DNA from: Toensbergia leucococca | Lineage: Eukaryota | DNA: 64,000 nucleotides | Direction of reading: 5' to 3' | Assembly: GCA_022813965.1 (NCBI GenBank) | Contig: JALDZS010000012.1 | Location: 124,001 to 188,000, forward strand | Shown: positions 1-13,200 of the stretch, in pieces | How positions within the stretch are numbered: position 1 is the first letter of the stretch | How the letters are laid out: the number at the start of each line of letters is the position of its first letter | Notes under the pieces: model-generated | Databases searched by the model: none | The model's input: the letters and a program-made list of their open reading frames with translations, nothing else | Told to the model about the DNA's origin: nothing | Program-made: the position numbers and the translations under genes

Positions 1-4
1 GTAG

Positions 5-67
5 CTCTTCGTGGTAGCTCTCCTCCTCGGCATTGGGGTCGTGATGCATGAACATAAAAGTCCGTAG
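5..67 (+). CDS. Possible last exon of a gene entering from the left edge (C-terminal hydrophobic segment)
   Basis: TAG acceptor at 2-4, then LFVVALLLGIGVVMHEHKSP* in frame; too short to identify. Confidence 0.25.
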   Translation, partial: LFVVALLLGIGVVMHEHKSP

Positions 68-488
68 AATGCTTGTACTGGCAATGTAATCCATAGGAAT
101 AATGATGCCATCGAGTATCGATGGTTCGAACTACTTGATTATAGGTGGAGATGAAGTTGAATGTGAGGAGATAAGAAGCTCATCGTAGCTAACTCGTGCA
201 CGGCTTTCATGCAGGGCATATTATTGTGCAACCTCGACCCTTTTGACCGTTTTAATTCTATAAATGATTCCAATGGTAATCATCCTTCCTTTCAGCCACT
301 AAAGCATTCTTCTTTCTGAAAAACCAAAAGTGGCCCTTTGCCATCCTTGCTGATCCTAGACCTGCTTGTAATTGGTGCGACTATCTATTGACTCCTGCAA
401 GCACCTTGACATGCACTCTTGCATTACGATACGTAAAGCATAATATCTAGTCCAATCGACACAGATCTCTCACCCTGAAGAACCCTCA

Positions 489-2442
489 TCAGTCCCATCT
501 CTCTTCAACCAATCCCATTCCTTTCGCAATCTTCTTGACCAGTGCCTTCTTCATCAATTCCTCCCGTGCTAAGCTCCTCGTTTGCTGTTCCAGTTATATC
601 AATCAGCCCCATCACTCCGTATGATGAGAAGCATGCGCACTCACCTTTGCCCAGACATCCCCACCAACCCTACCCCCATATAATGCTCTGCTCAATACAG
701 ACCTACATTCCTCCAAACTTCTCTCATCAGCTACAACGTCGTATAGCTGCCCAGCTACCACTGTCGGTGCCACTAAAACCTCGTCCACTCCAGGCACTTT
801 CCTATGCTTTGCCTCCTCCATTACATTATCCGCGTCGCGCATCGCTTTGTGAAGGATGGCTTCGTTTGAAGATAGGAGAGATTCTAGCTGCCGGAGCTGG
901 GATATCTCGTTGTTGACTGATGCTAGTGTGCTGTTGAGTGCCGTTTCTTGAGCTTGTAGCGCCGGTAAGGCGGCCTGATTATCTTCGTAGATTTGTTGCA
1001 CTTGCTGCGTCAAAGTTGCTGAGATGGCCCGAAGTAAGGCATCTTTCTCGGGATTGGGAGGAACCGGGGGAGCCGGTATATCTTTAGACTGAGTAGGAAG
1101 AACCATGTCAAAAGGGGAGGTGAGGAGGTCTTGTGGTGGTGCGGGCTTGGACGCTCGAGGCTGTCGAACAGGATTATGCGGACTGTGGGAGTTCAAATGA
1201 TAAGGTTGCGGCTGAGATTGTGATTGACTATATTGATTGAATTGATTTTGAGCTGCATTTGGCTGTGGACCCCCTCCTGGAAGCGGTGGCGCTATCTCTT
1301 GACTGATGTATTGGGTTTGAGAAGGTTGTCTTGCATTGTGAGGAGGAAATCTGATCTGGTGAGGTACAGGTGCGATGGGACTAACGGGACTATAGGGACG
1401 TTGCTGATGACCTAGACCTACAGATTGTCGAGACTGATAATCAGATGGATTTGGTGGAAGATTAGTTCTTAAGCTACTTTCCTTTTGAGGCCTATATTGG
1501 TGCATAGGCTCGGAAACCCCAGTGAAGCCGTTCTGAAAGCTTTCTGGCGAAAACTGATAGCGATTGTCTGGCTTGACAGGGAGTGGCGGAAGTGGTGGAG
1601 CTCCATTCACTTGGACTGGCTGAGATTGACTCTGTGTGTCATAAGGTTTTGGGGGAGGTGGCGGAGGCCCACTTTGAGAGCCTGAATAAAGACGAGATGG
1701 TTTAAATCTAGATTCTGGCCTCCCTAGTTCAGGAGGTAATGGAGGTAATGGTGGAGGCACTGAAACAATTGTCTGCTCGTGTCTTGAAACAACAGGTGGC
1801 TCTCGTGCAAAGACGTCTTGCAGTACAGACAGCAAGGTCAGAATATTAGATCGCTACAATCATGAGTTAGCTTGGAATCTGGGAAGGATTTAGATACGAA
1901 AATACAGACGTGCACTTCTGCTACCTGTGGAATTACAGAAGGAAACTCACATCTTGTCTCCAGCCAGCTAAAAAGGGGTGAAATATCCGTCCTTCTCCAC
2001 TAACATACTGGCCCGCGCGAACAGCCATATCCTTCGTTGGCGCAACGAATGCCATAGGGCTTTCTCTTGGGTATCCATGGGGCACCCATATCGACACAGG
2101 GAACATGTATGTCGTGCCTCGGAAGGTCACCGGTAATGTGCCGATTAAATTGATAAGGAGAGAGGAGTAGCCGTTCTCGTATGCTGTGTCATGTCAGTTC
2201 TTCCTCATACAATTCAGCTGAACGGCACACTCGCCTGATGGCACGTACTGTAGACATTGGTACGAAGGGAGAAATTAGGGTTTTGCGTTAGGGTTTGGGC
2301 AATATCGGAATAGGTTCGATCGACGTCGTGATACTCCTGCCGAATATCTCAGCATTGTGTACTATCTCGTATTATGAGAATAGCATACGCTTGACAGCAC
2401 ACCGTAAAGCCAACTCAGGACTTTCGGGGGGACAGCTGCCAT
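489..2442 (-). CDS. VPS23: ESCRT-I subunit Vps23/TSG101 (UEV domain, Pro-rich linker, coiled coil, steadiness box); multi-exon
   Basis: Start MAAVPPKVLSWLYGVL at 2442; UEV motif FRGTTYMFPVSIWVPHGYPRESPMAFV...VSGEGRIFHPFL; core motif VDEVLVAPTVVAGQLYDVVADERSLEE; last exon QTRSLAREELMKKALVKKIAKGMGL, TGA at 489-491. Confidence 0.93.
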
Positions 2443-2757
2443 CTTTGTCTATTTTGTCAATATCGAGTCATGGTGTGAGTGCGAAGCTGACAGTATAGGA
2501 GATTCTTCTTTATTGAAGGCTTTGGGCTATGGAATCAATGGGCCCAGTCGAAAAGTAGGGATCGAATGTGATTAAAAGACATTTATTTATGGCAGAGTGA
2601 AGCCTGTGAATCGCAGCAGCTCGAGCTACAAATATTCTACGTCACAAGCTCGCCAAAAAATTCGAACCTCCCTGAAGACTTAGACTTCCCATCATCGCTC
2701 AGGCGTATTTCTCTTCATACTTGCCTACTTAGCAATCATTTCAGGGTATTTCCAGTG

Positions 2758-3852
2758 ATGGCAAGTGACGATGAAGATCTTTCTGCAGGAGCAATGTTCC
2801 AGGAACCCGACGACTACTTCCAGCCGGAGAAGCCATCAACCCAAGTTGAATACACCCTGCTCTCGGGCATCACCCTAAATCTCCGGCTGGTACAGAGAAA
2901 GCTCAACCCAATTCAAGGCGGAAACACAGGCTTAAAGTCTGTCTAGGTCGGACACAATCCGCTGTGGGTATGAGATTTCCTGCTCACGCGGCCGATACTT
3001 TCTGAAGAATTTCCAAGGGCCACCTCCTCTGGACCGCCGCAATTTTCCTATCAGAGTATCTAGAGCAGAATGCCGCAACCTTAATCCAAGGCAAAGACGT
3101 TCTTGAGCTAGGTGCTGGCGCCGGATTACCGAGCCTTGTCGCTGCAATCTTGGGAGCTCAAAATGTACCGTCTACAAACTACCGCCTTTAATTTCATACC
3201 AAAGAAAGAATGCCAGACTAGCTTACCCAAAAAAGGTTGTAGTCACCGACTACCCCGATGAAGACCTGATCCAGAACCTCAGCCTCAATATCGCCAACTG
3301 CCCTTATATCCGCACCCCTCCCAACATCACCGCTAAAGTCAGTGCTACCAGTCTACCCCGTGCCCTCTGCCAGATTTAACCAATTCCAGGGCTATCTCTG
3401 GGGCGCGCCTCCCTCGCTGCTCCTCCCCACCCCCCTATCCAGCTCAAAATCGCCCCCATCACTCCCAACGTACGACACCCTCATCCTCGCGGACCTCCTA
3501 TTCAACCATACGGAGCACGCCAAACTCCTCAGAACTGTTCAGCAAACCCTACGCCATGACGCCGACTCCAAAGCTATTGTTTTCTTTACTCCACACCGCC
3601 CACACTTGTATCATAAAGACATGGCCTTCTTTGACTTAGTGAGGCAAGGCGGCTTGAGAGTTGAAAAAATAATAGAAAGAATTGTTGAAAAGCCCATCTT
3701 TGAAAATGATGTTGGGGTAAGCACCTGCTCTTAGTATGGTGGAGGGCAGAAAATCGTTGACCGTTTATCAGGATGAGTTGATGAGGAGGACGGTGTTTGG
3801 CTATGAACTGACGTGGGATGAAAGATATGATTCTGGAGGGCGAATAGGGTGA
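2758..3852 (+). CDS. EFM7: Family-16 SAM-dependent protein N-terminal/lysine methyltransferase (Efm7/Nnt1); multi-exon
   Basis: Spliced translation gives LNLRL-VGHNPLW-GHLLW...KDVLELGAGAGLPSLVAAILGA-VVVTDYPD...LILADLLFNHTEHAKLL...VFFTPHRP; last exon DELMRRTVFGYELTW...TGA at 3850-3852. Confidence 0.88.
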
Positions 3853-4785
3853 AGTTGTAGATGAAGGAGCCTGAGCTCTCTACATCTGAACTCTGGCACC
3901 CCACGTGAGCGCTTGCCCTATCGTGGTGAAAAAAATTGGTTAGGTGGGTAGTTAGCCATTCCTGGCGTAAGTTTTCAAAATTTGTGTGAGAGTTTAGACG
4001 AAAGCACAATGAACAGAGCAAGCAGCGTTCTCCACAACTACTCCAATCATTTTCCCAGTGATAGCGAAAACCGCCACCTCCAAAGCCGCATTTTCAGAAA
4101 CCAACTCAACAAGCACTCTACATCCCATCAACCTCTTCCATCAAACTCCCCAGACAATGACTTATCACTCGCAGAATCTTGGGATCGCCGTATTGTAGTG
4201 CGATGGTTGTTCCACACAAAAGATGAACTTCCCGTAAAGCCACTTTCCACACACTCCGTGTTCGCTGCAACTACCACATCGTCTGCGCTTCCATCTACAG
4301 ATTTACACTGGTGATCGAGGTATGCGTTACTTGATGATCATGACGGATGCAAAAGCGTCGTCAATCACTGGTACTACATTCTTCTCGCGCCGAGTACATA
4401 CAGTAAAGGCGACTATCAGGATTCTTTGAAATGATAGTAGTATACTTCCTCGCTGCTGATAAGAACACACTCTGTTTAAGCACGGGAATGTCTTTGGTGG
4501 GTAAAACGGCATTTCGCAAGTTGGGGACAAGCATGTCGAAAAGTCCTTGAGTCTCCCTTGAATGAATGTTAAGAGAAAGTCCTAGCTACAGATCAAAAGG
4601 GCAAGAATTTGAGAAAGAAAAAAGTAGCATGGGAGAGTGGAGTGAAAGATCTGCGCCATGAAAATCAGAGATGCCGGACTATGTAATGTGTAAATATCAT
4701 CTGTTGAGAAAAGAAAAAATCGACCTCTATCAACCGCCCTATAAAATCCCTCGCTAGATTGTCGCCTGTCGATAAGAAGTTGCGC

Positions 4786-5983
4786 TCAGTCCCTATCCTC
4801 CGAAGCACTAAAACTACCCTTCTCCCCCACTGCGTTCTGAGCCTCGAGGTCCGAGTACGTATCGGTATGGCACGTCTTGCACGGGCTTGAAAGCGGCGAA
4901 TTGTTGATTGCGGTCGTCGTCGTTGCAGTGTGGGATGGACTTAACTGCGCATCTAGAGCTTTGCCGTGCGCGAAAGGGCCTGTAGATCCTGATACGAAAC
5001 TGCTGAGGAGTCGGGGATGGCGAGTGGGTTCTGGGGATTTGAGAGCAGGGCTGTTGCTGCGGAGAGAGGCGGATGCCCATAGGGATGAGAGGGGGAGGAA
5101 GATGGAGACTAGGGTCAATACGTTGGAAGACATTGAAGGGACGTTGATGAAGTATTGCAAGATGGAGAAGATGGCTGGATTTTCTTGTTAGCTTCGTGTT
5201 GAAATTGAGATACCGTGCTGTAGTAGACTTACCTGGGATGATCAATGTTTGGCAGCCCATGATGAAAATGACTTGCATAGGACCAAATGTGCCCATTCCA
5301 AGCTTCCTTCTCTGTTCCAGCGCAAAGCCCAGTTTAGTGACGAAGACAGCGCAGAACCAGCAGACGCTGATCGAGGTTGTGATGTTGGCCGCGCTCCCAA
5401 GCCAAGTAAGCGGGATCAAATATGTCAGAGAGACAATGTATCGAGAATTCTCGACGCAGAGAGCTAGGCGGAACCCAATCGCTACCAACGCAATCATGAC
5501 CGAGATCACAAGGATCCCCCGGCGGTAGATGTCCCTGAGAGTCACACAGACGACGCGGACTTGGAGGATGAGGGACAGCTCGACACATAAGAGGAGAAGG
5601 AATGTGAGGACTGTTGCAGTGACCGAGGTCGCATATGTTGATCTGGGGACTCGCGAGTAGTCCTGGCCAAAGTAGGCGTAGGTCTCCGAGAAAGGGCCGG
5701 CGAAGTAGAGACACTGGAGGATGTTTCGGATGGTATTGAGTGACAAGCACAAGGCGTTGAGGATGAAGATTGGAGATTGGCGCTTGTCGGTTTTGGTGAG
5801 AAGGAGGAGGACAATCAAAAGGATCAAAGAGCCGCCTAATTGAGAAGCATAGTTGATACAGATGTTGACATTGTAGAAAACAAAGTCGTCCAATTCTGGT
5901 ATGGTGACGTTGAAAGGCGAGCTGTCAGCCAGGAGAAGGGTGAAGGTCTGGGTGAAAGGATCAAATGGAGGAGTGGTAGCCAT
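4786..5983 (-). CDS. STE2: Ste2-type (alpha-factor) pheromone GPCR; two exons, intron about 5178-5232
   Basis: MATTPPFDPFTQTFTLL start; CINYASQLGGSLILLIVLLLLT; RRKLGMGTFGPMQVIFIMGCQTLIIP; after the intron AIFSILQYF...LTLVSIFLPLSSLWAS, the Ste2 TM7 signature; seven hydrophobic segments. Confidence 0.95.
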
Positions 5984-6102
5984 GTTCGACATCCCCGAAG
6001 ACAAGGTTGAAGACTACTTGTGAGTTTGGGATGAAGTTGGAGTGAGCTGGAGATAAGCTGAGAGGTGAGGAGAGTAATCTTGTCAACGAATTGGAATTGA
6101 TC

Positions 6103-6733
6103 TGAAACAATGATTGTATGATAGTAAGAAGAGTAGGATGATGTGTATGGTGTCGAGAGACAGGAAGAGTATGATAAGAGGAAGAGGGATCAAGCAATTG
6201 GTTGTATACTTGATAATGTAGTACTCTGGAGAGGTGAATGCAGTCTCTTGGGACCACAATACTAGTGATCTATTACGGTTGAATGTCTCGAGGTCCTGGA
6301 CAACAATACGAGACCTCGCAATGGGTCTAGTATTGCTTCGTATTCTATAGAAAAAGGAGTGGGAAAAATGAAGATTATCAGGAATTTCGAAGCAGATGTT
6401 CTCGCAACACCATCGACGGCCAGAAAACGACGAGAAACAAGCTGAGATAAGACTGTCGCATAGAATTGCAGGGATATTAGGAATAGTGCTCTGGAATAAG
6501 GAATCTATTGCAAGATACATGTCTCCGTTGCCACTATCAACCCTTAGTATTGTTGTGGCACGTACCACCAGTCCGAAACGCTTTCATTCTCGCATTGTTC
6601 GAATGCTCAGTGATCAAAGTCAAGGCTACGTACATCAAAATACGAGGATACCTGCCCATGAGTTTCATGTTCTGAAGCAACCAAGCGGGAAGACTGAGAA
6701 TTGGTAAAAATGCATCGAAAAGAAAGGAACAAT
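6103..6733. promoter_or_regulatory. Cluster of HMG-box-type AACAAT/ATTGTT motifs and one Ste12-type TGAAACA upstream of STE2
   Basis: TGAAACA 6103-6109; AACAAT(G) 6106-6112, 6302-6307, 6728-6733; ATTGTT 6549-6554; CATTGTT 6593-6599. Confidence 0.45.
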
Positions 6734-8515
6734 CATATCAGAAACTTTGTGAACATGGATACTATAGAAAAGGGGTACATCGAGATCTACTCTGACGACA
6801 AATGAAAGAGTAGAGTACCAACTTTGAGCCCGCGGAAACAGTGTCGTCGTTAGATTCCAAGAGACATGGGTTTGAGCAGGTGTGTGCTTGAGCACTGTGT
6901 TAGCCAAAAGTAACACTCTACCTTACGTAAAGAGAGACGTAGAGTATCGAAAGTCACTACGAGAGCAATGGGGGAATTTGTCACGAACAAGAGGTGGATG
7001 AGATAAAGATTAGCATCACCGACTGCAAAACTGCGCTAAGATAGGCTGCTGCTGATGGCTGATGCTTGGTAAGAAGTCTGTTCCAACCTCCCACCCACCA
7101 TCCCACCCAAAGTGACAGAGGAGTTTGTGGGAAATTGCGATCGACAGTCTGCTGATGCTGCACTGACCGCTCGAAGCCTGATCATGTCAATGCTAAGGCA
7201 GTGATACCACCTCTAAAATGGAGTACAGTCCGGCCTCGGTCGAATCTTAAGTGCAGTTGTAGGTGTGTGAAGGATGGGCATGTCAATTGCAAATTGCTTT
7301 ATCATCATGCACTACTGTGTACAGCGGCATCAGAGTCGAGGGGTTGCCTGCATTACCTCGAGCGTAAGGTACCTTGTTCTAGCTGCTTGCATAGGTAACA
7401 ACCGTTATACCTTATCTGCATTCAGGGATCAGGGACAGGGGACAAGGGAAATGAGAAGATTCTTCTTCTTTATGTGATTGACAGTCAAACGCCATCACAG
7501 CCTCATGAAGCCGTGGATGGCCACATCCTGATGATCCTGAAACGCGAGCAACAATGTGTTGATGTCGCCACCACACCTTCTCCCTTGACGCCTTCTATTG
7601 CCCGACGCCTGCACTTGACGAGATGGCGTCTCCTCCCGTCCATAAGCCATTGAGAACGGAGAATTGGCGCCGCAGATGGGTGCCGTGACCAAGTCCAGAC
7701 GACGTAGAGAGAAAATCGACGCGTAATGGCAGTGGGGTCATCTCTTCAACTGATGCCTGCAGCTTGATCTACACACTTTCCTCCGTACAGCTATCGCCAG
7801 ATATCTTCATCTTGAATTGAGCGCTTACTCATACTGGTGTACTATGGGAAAAGTAAAAAAGACAGATCCTCGAGGGTCGAAGACTGGGAGGGGTAGGGCC
7901 GGCTCGTCGGTACCCAAAAGGCATCTGGCATCATGACTGGTGTGCCTGTCCCATGCTTTGGGTGATGGAAGTCATTGCAAAACTACGTGTATTCTTGAAA
8001 GCTTCGTTTCAATTTGCCGACGCTGTTCTGAATGCCGTATGCACATGGAACCGAGCACTGACAGACAAACTAGGTGCAGCGTGGACGTTGTCTGTTCCCA
8101 TGTCCTCAAGGCCGTTAAACGGCGAACCAGAGCTTTCTTTGACCATTTGGTGGAGGTGTGGAGATACTCGTCTCGTTCATAAATACTTCATCCACCACCC
8201 TCATTTTACCAAGACCAGTGAATCCTCACCCCCCCTTCACCAAGAACTTGATTCGTTCCTTCACATATCAATTCATTACAGCCATTTTCCCTCTCTCTTT
8301 GACTTTCCTCAACATCACCACGCTCTTTAATCTTTTTCTCAACTTCTGCATAAAGCTACCAGAGTTCACGTCTTGGTAGTATCAACAGTCAGCCCCACCG
8401 ACTGATCGCTCGACTGCACTCCTTGTTCGAATCTTCTCTCTATTCTTTGCGGTAGCTGCCTCTCTAGATTTGATATCTAGGTCGCTGAAAAAAGGTATCA
8501 AGTCATTCGTTCAGG

Positions 8516-10638
8516 ATGCATATCAAGAATTTCAAAGCTCTGGGCCTGGGGCTCCTATCAGCTCTTACTGTTCCTGTTGATGCATACTGGAGAATGAGCT
8601 GCCCTGGTACATTGGTCATGGAGCGTCTTGATCCTGTCGTTGCACGTAAGTTCAATGCATGACCCGACTTCACTACACTCTAACAAATCTCCAGCCGGCA
8701 AAGTATCAGGACATGCACATATCATCTTTGGTGGAAACGGCTTTGCACCTACCATGGACTACGACTCGACACAGGCTTCGACCTGCACTTCCTGTGGCAT
8801 CTCCGCCGATAAATCGAACTACTGGATTCCCACCATGTATTATCAAGCGCAGAATGGTAGTTTCATTAGTGTTGACGTCGTTGGCGGTGGTGGGGGGACT
8901 GTATACTATGAGTGAGTCTTTACTACGATAATTGGGAACTTCATATGACTGATATTATCTGCAGGCAACGTACGACTTATCCTGGAAAGACCCTCCAAGC
9001 CTTCCCAGAAGGCTTTCGTATGACCGCTGGAAACCCGGAGCTTCGAACCTATAACGATACCGAAGCACAGCAAGCCATTACCTACGTGTGCTTGGATTAT
9101 GCTGGTGGAGGACCCCCACAGTCGAACACCTTCCCTACAGTCAATTGCCCTGATGGCATACGAACTCAGGTTTACTTCCCGGCTTGCTCCAATGGAAGCC
9201 TTGATAGCACGGACCACCAATCGCACATGGCTTATCCAATCCAGAACGACGACAGCGGAACGTGCCCAGATAGCCATCCACAGCCTGTGATATCTATTTT
9301 CTATGAGGTGATCTGGGACACTGGCAAATTTGCAAATGACTGGTATGGAAGCGGGCAACCCTTCGTCCTATCTATGGGAGATAATACAGGTAGGTGCTCA
9401 ACTCTGCTCATCATCTCTCGACGTAGCTTTCTAACGGCTACATTCAGGCTACGGACTTCACGGCGACTTCGTTTGTGTCTCTTACCCCTATGCACTGACG
9501 AGGCTAACTATGTTTACCTTAGGTTAATGGCTGGGATGTCTCTGTGCTTCAGAACGCAGTCACTAATTGCAATGATCCTGGTGGTAATGTTTCCGCATGT
9601 GAATATTTTACTCAGGTCTCGGACGAGGTAGCAGGGGGATGTATCCTTCCCGCTATCGTCAATGAGACTATCACAGGCGTCCTCGAAAGCCTACCGGGAT
9701 GCAATCCTGTGTCGGCCAACCCAGCCCCAGCATCTTCCTGCCCTGATTCACCCGCTCTCCTCTCTCAGGCACAACTCGAAGCCGAAGTCTACACGAATTT
9801 GATCGACTCAAAGGGTTGGTATTACGTCGGCTGTGGGACGGATAATTATTTCGACCGCGCCTTTCCAGGCAATTCCGAGAGTTTGTCGACCATGACAATT
9901 GAGCTTTGTGTGGATTACTGCATTGGGCAAGGTCACACTATTGCCGGCCTCGAATACGCTCAGGAATGCTACTGTGGTGACTCGATCCCGTCAAGTGCGG
10001 CTCCTGTTCCAGGCGTCGTTGGCAAATGCAATTATGCCTGTGCAGGTGATAGTAGCGAATGGTGCGGTGGCTATGGCACCTTGTCCATTTATGAGAAATG
10101 TGGTAGCACCTGTCAGAATGCGGAATTCGGTCCATCTTTACCTGGGGCATCGGGTTCACCTTCCACCACCTCGACTCTAGTTGCCAAAACCAAACCTACT
10201 GTTTCTTCAGCTACAACGCCAACCACATCAACGAGCACTTCAGCCGCGGCTCCGTCGGCTACCCCGTCTTCCAATGTTACTTTACCCTCAGGATGGGAAG
10301 CAGCAGGCTGCTATTCGGATAACTTGAACCCTCGCTCTCTTAGTGCCTGGGGCTACTATGGAGAACCAGTCACGTCGTCTGGTTGTGTGAATTATTGCAA
10401 TACTGAAAACTACAGCTTTGCGGGTACAGAGTACGCGGGACAGTGCTTCTGTGGCAACGAGCTTACGCAGAGCCAGTTGGAGCCAAGCACCGACTGCAAC
10501 ATGGCTTGCCAGGGAGACGCAGACGAGATATGTGGTGGATCGGCAAGACTGAGTGTCTTTACGAAGTCGACGTCTTCCAAGATGAAGCGATCCCACAAGC
10601 ATCGAAAGCGTGTTCACCACTTCGCTGCCTCATCTTAG
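8516..10638 (+). CDS. Secreted DUF1996 protein with two WSC carbohydrate-binding domains; multi-exon
   Basis: Signal peptide MHIKNFKALGLGLLSALTVPVDA-YWRMSC...ERLDPVV; DUF1996 motifs SGHAHIIFGGNGF, CTSCGISADKSNYWIP, AFPEGFRMTAGNP, IFYEVIWDT; two WSC repeats (AGLEYAQECYCG, AGTEYAGQCFCG) separated by an S/T linker. Confidence 0.9.
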
Positions 10639-11164
10639 ATCTTTTAGACTAGACAAGGGTTGACTGGGCCGAAAGAGGGGGTCGGGATTTTTGCTCTGGC
10701 GGCAAGAAAGCGACAACAGCGATGAGCTTCATTTCGCTAGTTGAGTGATGTGGGTATCATGGATGTTTTCACAGATGCTGTTCCAAGTCATTCGTTTGAT
10801 ACGAGTCTTTTATTCTCCAGTGTTGTGTTAGCTAGATGCTACTTTATCGGACAGATAAGTTTGTAGATAGTTTTAAATGGAGCTGAAACACCTGTATATA
10901 TGAATTGCACATGAAGTAATATCTAAGTCTTAGTGAATGTTCATAACTCCGTAGTTGCTTTTCGATGTAAAAGTCATTTCGTGCCTCCTGCATATTGACC
11001 TTTAATTATCCGTACTCGATAGAATATTCTATGCGTAAAGACGCTTCTCGCTTGCGGCACGGTCCGAGGATTCTATGACTCTCCGGTACACTTAGGGGCA
11101 AAGCTGTCCTTTCTGTAATTGGAAATATGATAGCGATTCGATCGCCCTCAGTCGACTAATCCTG

Positions 11165-12572
11165 ATGAACGGTTTCGCAGAACATGGCTTGGACGATGGA
11201 GCCTTTGGGGAGAAGAGTGGCTTCACTCAAGGATTAAGGACTTTCGATGCCTTCCGTAAATCCCCCAATCCCCCATCCCCCAATTCTATCAACCAAATCA
11301 CAAAACCCTTTCAATTGATCCATTTCTACAAGCCAAAACCAAACCGACTTACACTCGCCGCACTTCCACCGGAGGTTACACCACTCTTGTCCTCATCCTC
11401 GTGTCCACCCTACTTTCCCTGACCGAAATTCGCCGCTGGTACAGAGGCCACGAAACCCACCACTTCAGCGTCGAAAAGGGCGTCTCACACGACCTGCAAA
11501 TCAACCTCGACATCGTCGTCCCAATGAAATGTCCTGATCTGCACATCAACGTGCAAGACGCCAGCGGTGACCGGATTCTCGCCGGCGACTTGCTCAAGCG
11601 CGAATCGACAGCGTGGGCGCAATGGGTCGATGGGAAGGATGTGCATGGCTTGGACAGCGGGGCTTTGGGAGAGGAGCAGGAGGAGGATACGCATGTTGGG
11701 CATGTGCTTGGGGAGGTGAGGAAGCGGAAGCGGAAGTTTAAGAAGACGCCGCGATTGAGGAGGGGCCAAGGGGGCGCGTGCAGGGTTTTTGGGAGCTTGG
11801 AGGGGAATAAGGTCCAAGGCGATTTTCATATCACGGCGAGAGGGCATGGATATGCGGAATTTGGGGAACATCTTGATCACAACGGTATGCTATCTCCCGA
11901 AAGAAGCCAATTCTCTGCAAGTTTCCCTCACCAAACCTCCCTTGTTTCCCCAAATCCGCTTCTCCCTTTCCCCCCCCAAAAAAGGAAGACCACAAGAAAC
12001 CAAAACACCTCACTAACATCCTTCCCCCGACCAACCCAGCCTTCAACTTCTCCCACATAATCAACGAACTCTCCTTCGGCCCCTTCTACCCCACCCTCCT
12101 CAACCCCCTCGACCACACAATCTCCACAACTCCGGCCCACTTCTTCAAATACCAATACTACCTCTCCATAGTCCCCACCCTCTTCAGCCGCTCCCCCCAC
12201 CAAAAACCGCCTCCCACAAACTCCGCTCAACAACCCTCCAACCCCTCCAAAAACACAATCTTCACAAACCAGTACGCCGTAACCTCCCAATCCCACCTCG
12301 TCGGTGAACGCGCCATTCCGGGCATCTTTTTCAAATTCGACATTGAGCCCATTTTGCTCACGATTGCCGAGGAGAGGGGCGGGTTTTTGGCGCTGGCGGT
12401 GCGGATTGTCAATGTGGTTAGTGGGGTGTTGGTGGGTGGGGGTTGGTGTTATCAGTTGGTTGGGTGGGGGAGGGAGATTTTTGCGGGGAGGAGAGGGGGC
12501 AGGGGTGGGGGGGAGGGCATGTTGAATGGGAGGGTTGGGGGTGGGGGTGGGGGAGAGGAGGAGGAAGATTGA
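11165..12572 (+). CDS. ERV41: ER-Golgi cycling cargo receptor Erv41 (ERGIC2 family); three exons
   Basis: LRTFDAF-PKTKPTY; LQINLDIVVPMKCPDLHINVQDASGD; CRVFGSLEGNKVQGDFHITARG; FNFSHIINELSFGPFYPTLLNPLD; PGIFFKFDIEPILLTIAEERGGFLALAVRIVNVVSGVLV. Confidence 0.92.
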
Positions 12573-12639
12573 GTGGTTGGTTGATTGATGGGGGGGGGGG
12601 AAGGTGGGGTTTGGGTGGGGGCTTAGGGATTATTTAAAA

Positions 12640-13200
12640 GAATCTCCCACGTTCGTGTCCTTTGTATCTCTCCTCGTGAACCCTCAGTTTCCCTCACATC
12701 CCATCCCTCATCCCACCCTTTCCATCCCATAATTCCAGCGCCCGACTTCCCCCCCACCCCTCCTCCCTTTCAAAACCCTTCGATAATTTCACCCCTCTCT
12801 CTCTCCATTTTTCACCTGATCCGGAAAAACCCCCCCCCCGGCCCACTCTCTTCTTTTCCACCTCCACCCACCACACCCCCCCTTTTCCAATTCGCCCTTC
12901 CCCCCATCTCTCAAAAAAAAACTCCTCTCCTTCCCTCCGCCGGCACTCAACAACAAAACCCCGCAAACGAATGATACAAAAACCTTGTGGGGTAGGGGAT
13001 ATGGGGTTTTTTTTGTGTTGGGATACTGTGAGGGGAGGTGGGCCGGGGGGGGGGGCTGGGGGGGGGAAAACGAACGAGGGGGTTTCAAATTCCAGCTGGG
13101 GGAAGGGCCCGTCGGAGAGGGTGAGGGGGGGGGGACGTTGGGGGCGTTTGAGAGCAAGGGAAAGCTCATGGAAGAGAGAAAAAGATAGATTATGAACCCC
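12640..13200. repeat. Low-complexity block, C-rich then G-rich, with long homopolymer runs (G-quadruplex/i-motif-prone)
   Basis: Long C runs at about 12690-12960 followed by long G runs at about 12985-13145; no credible ORF. Confidence 0.7.

Noticed and set aside
4877..5814. Multiple antisense and alternative-frame ORFs over STE2 (similar ones over SUN, SSN3, SFA1 and the MetE-like gene)
   Set aside because: Shadow ORFs of real coding sequence; no independent motifs.
6000..8500. Pheromone precursor or MAT genes next to STE2
   Set aside because: I found no short CAAX-terminated ORF, no KR-delimited peptide repeats and no HMG or alpha-box ORF.
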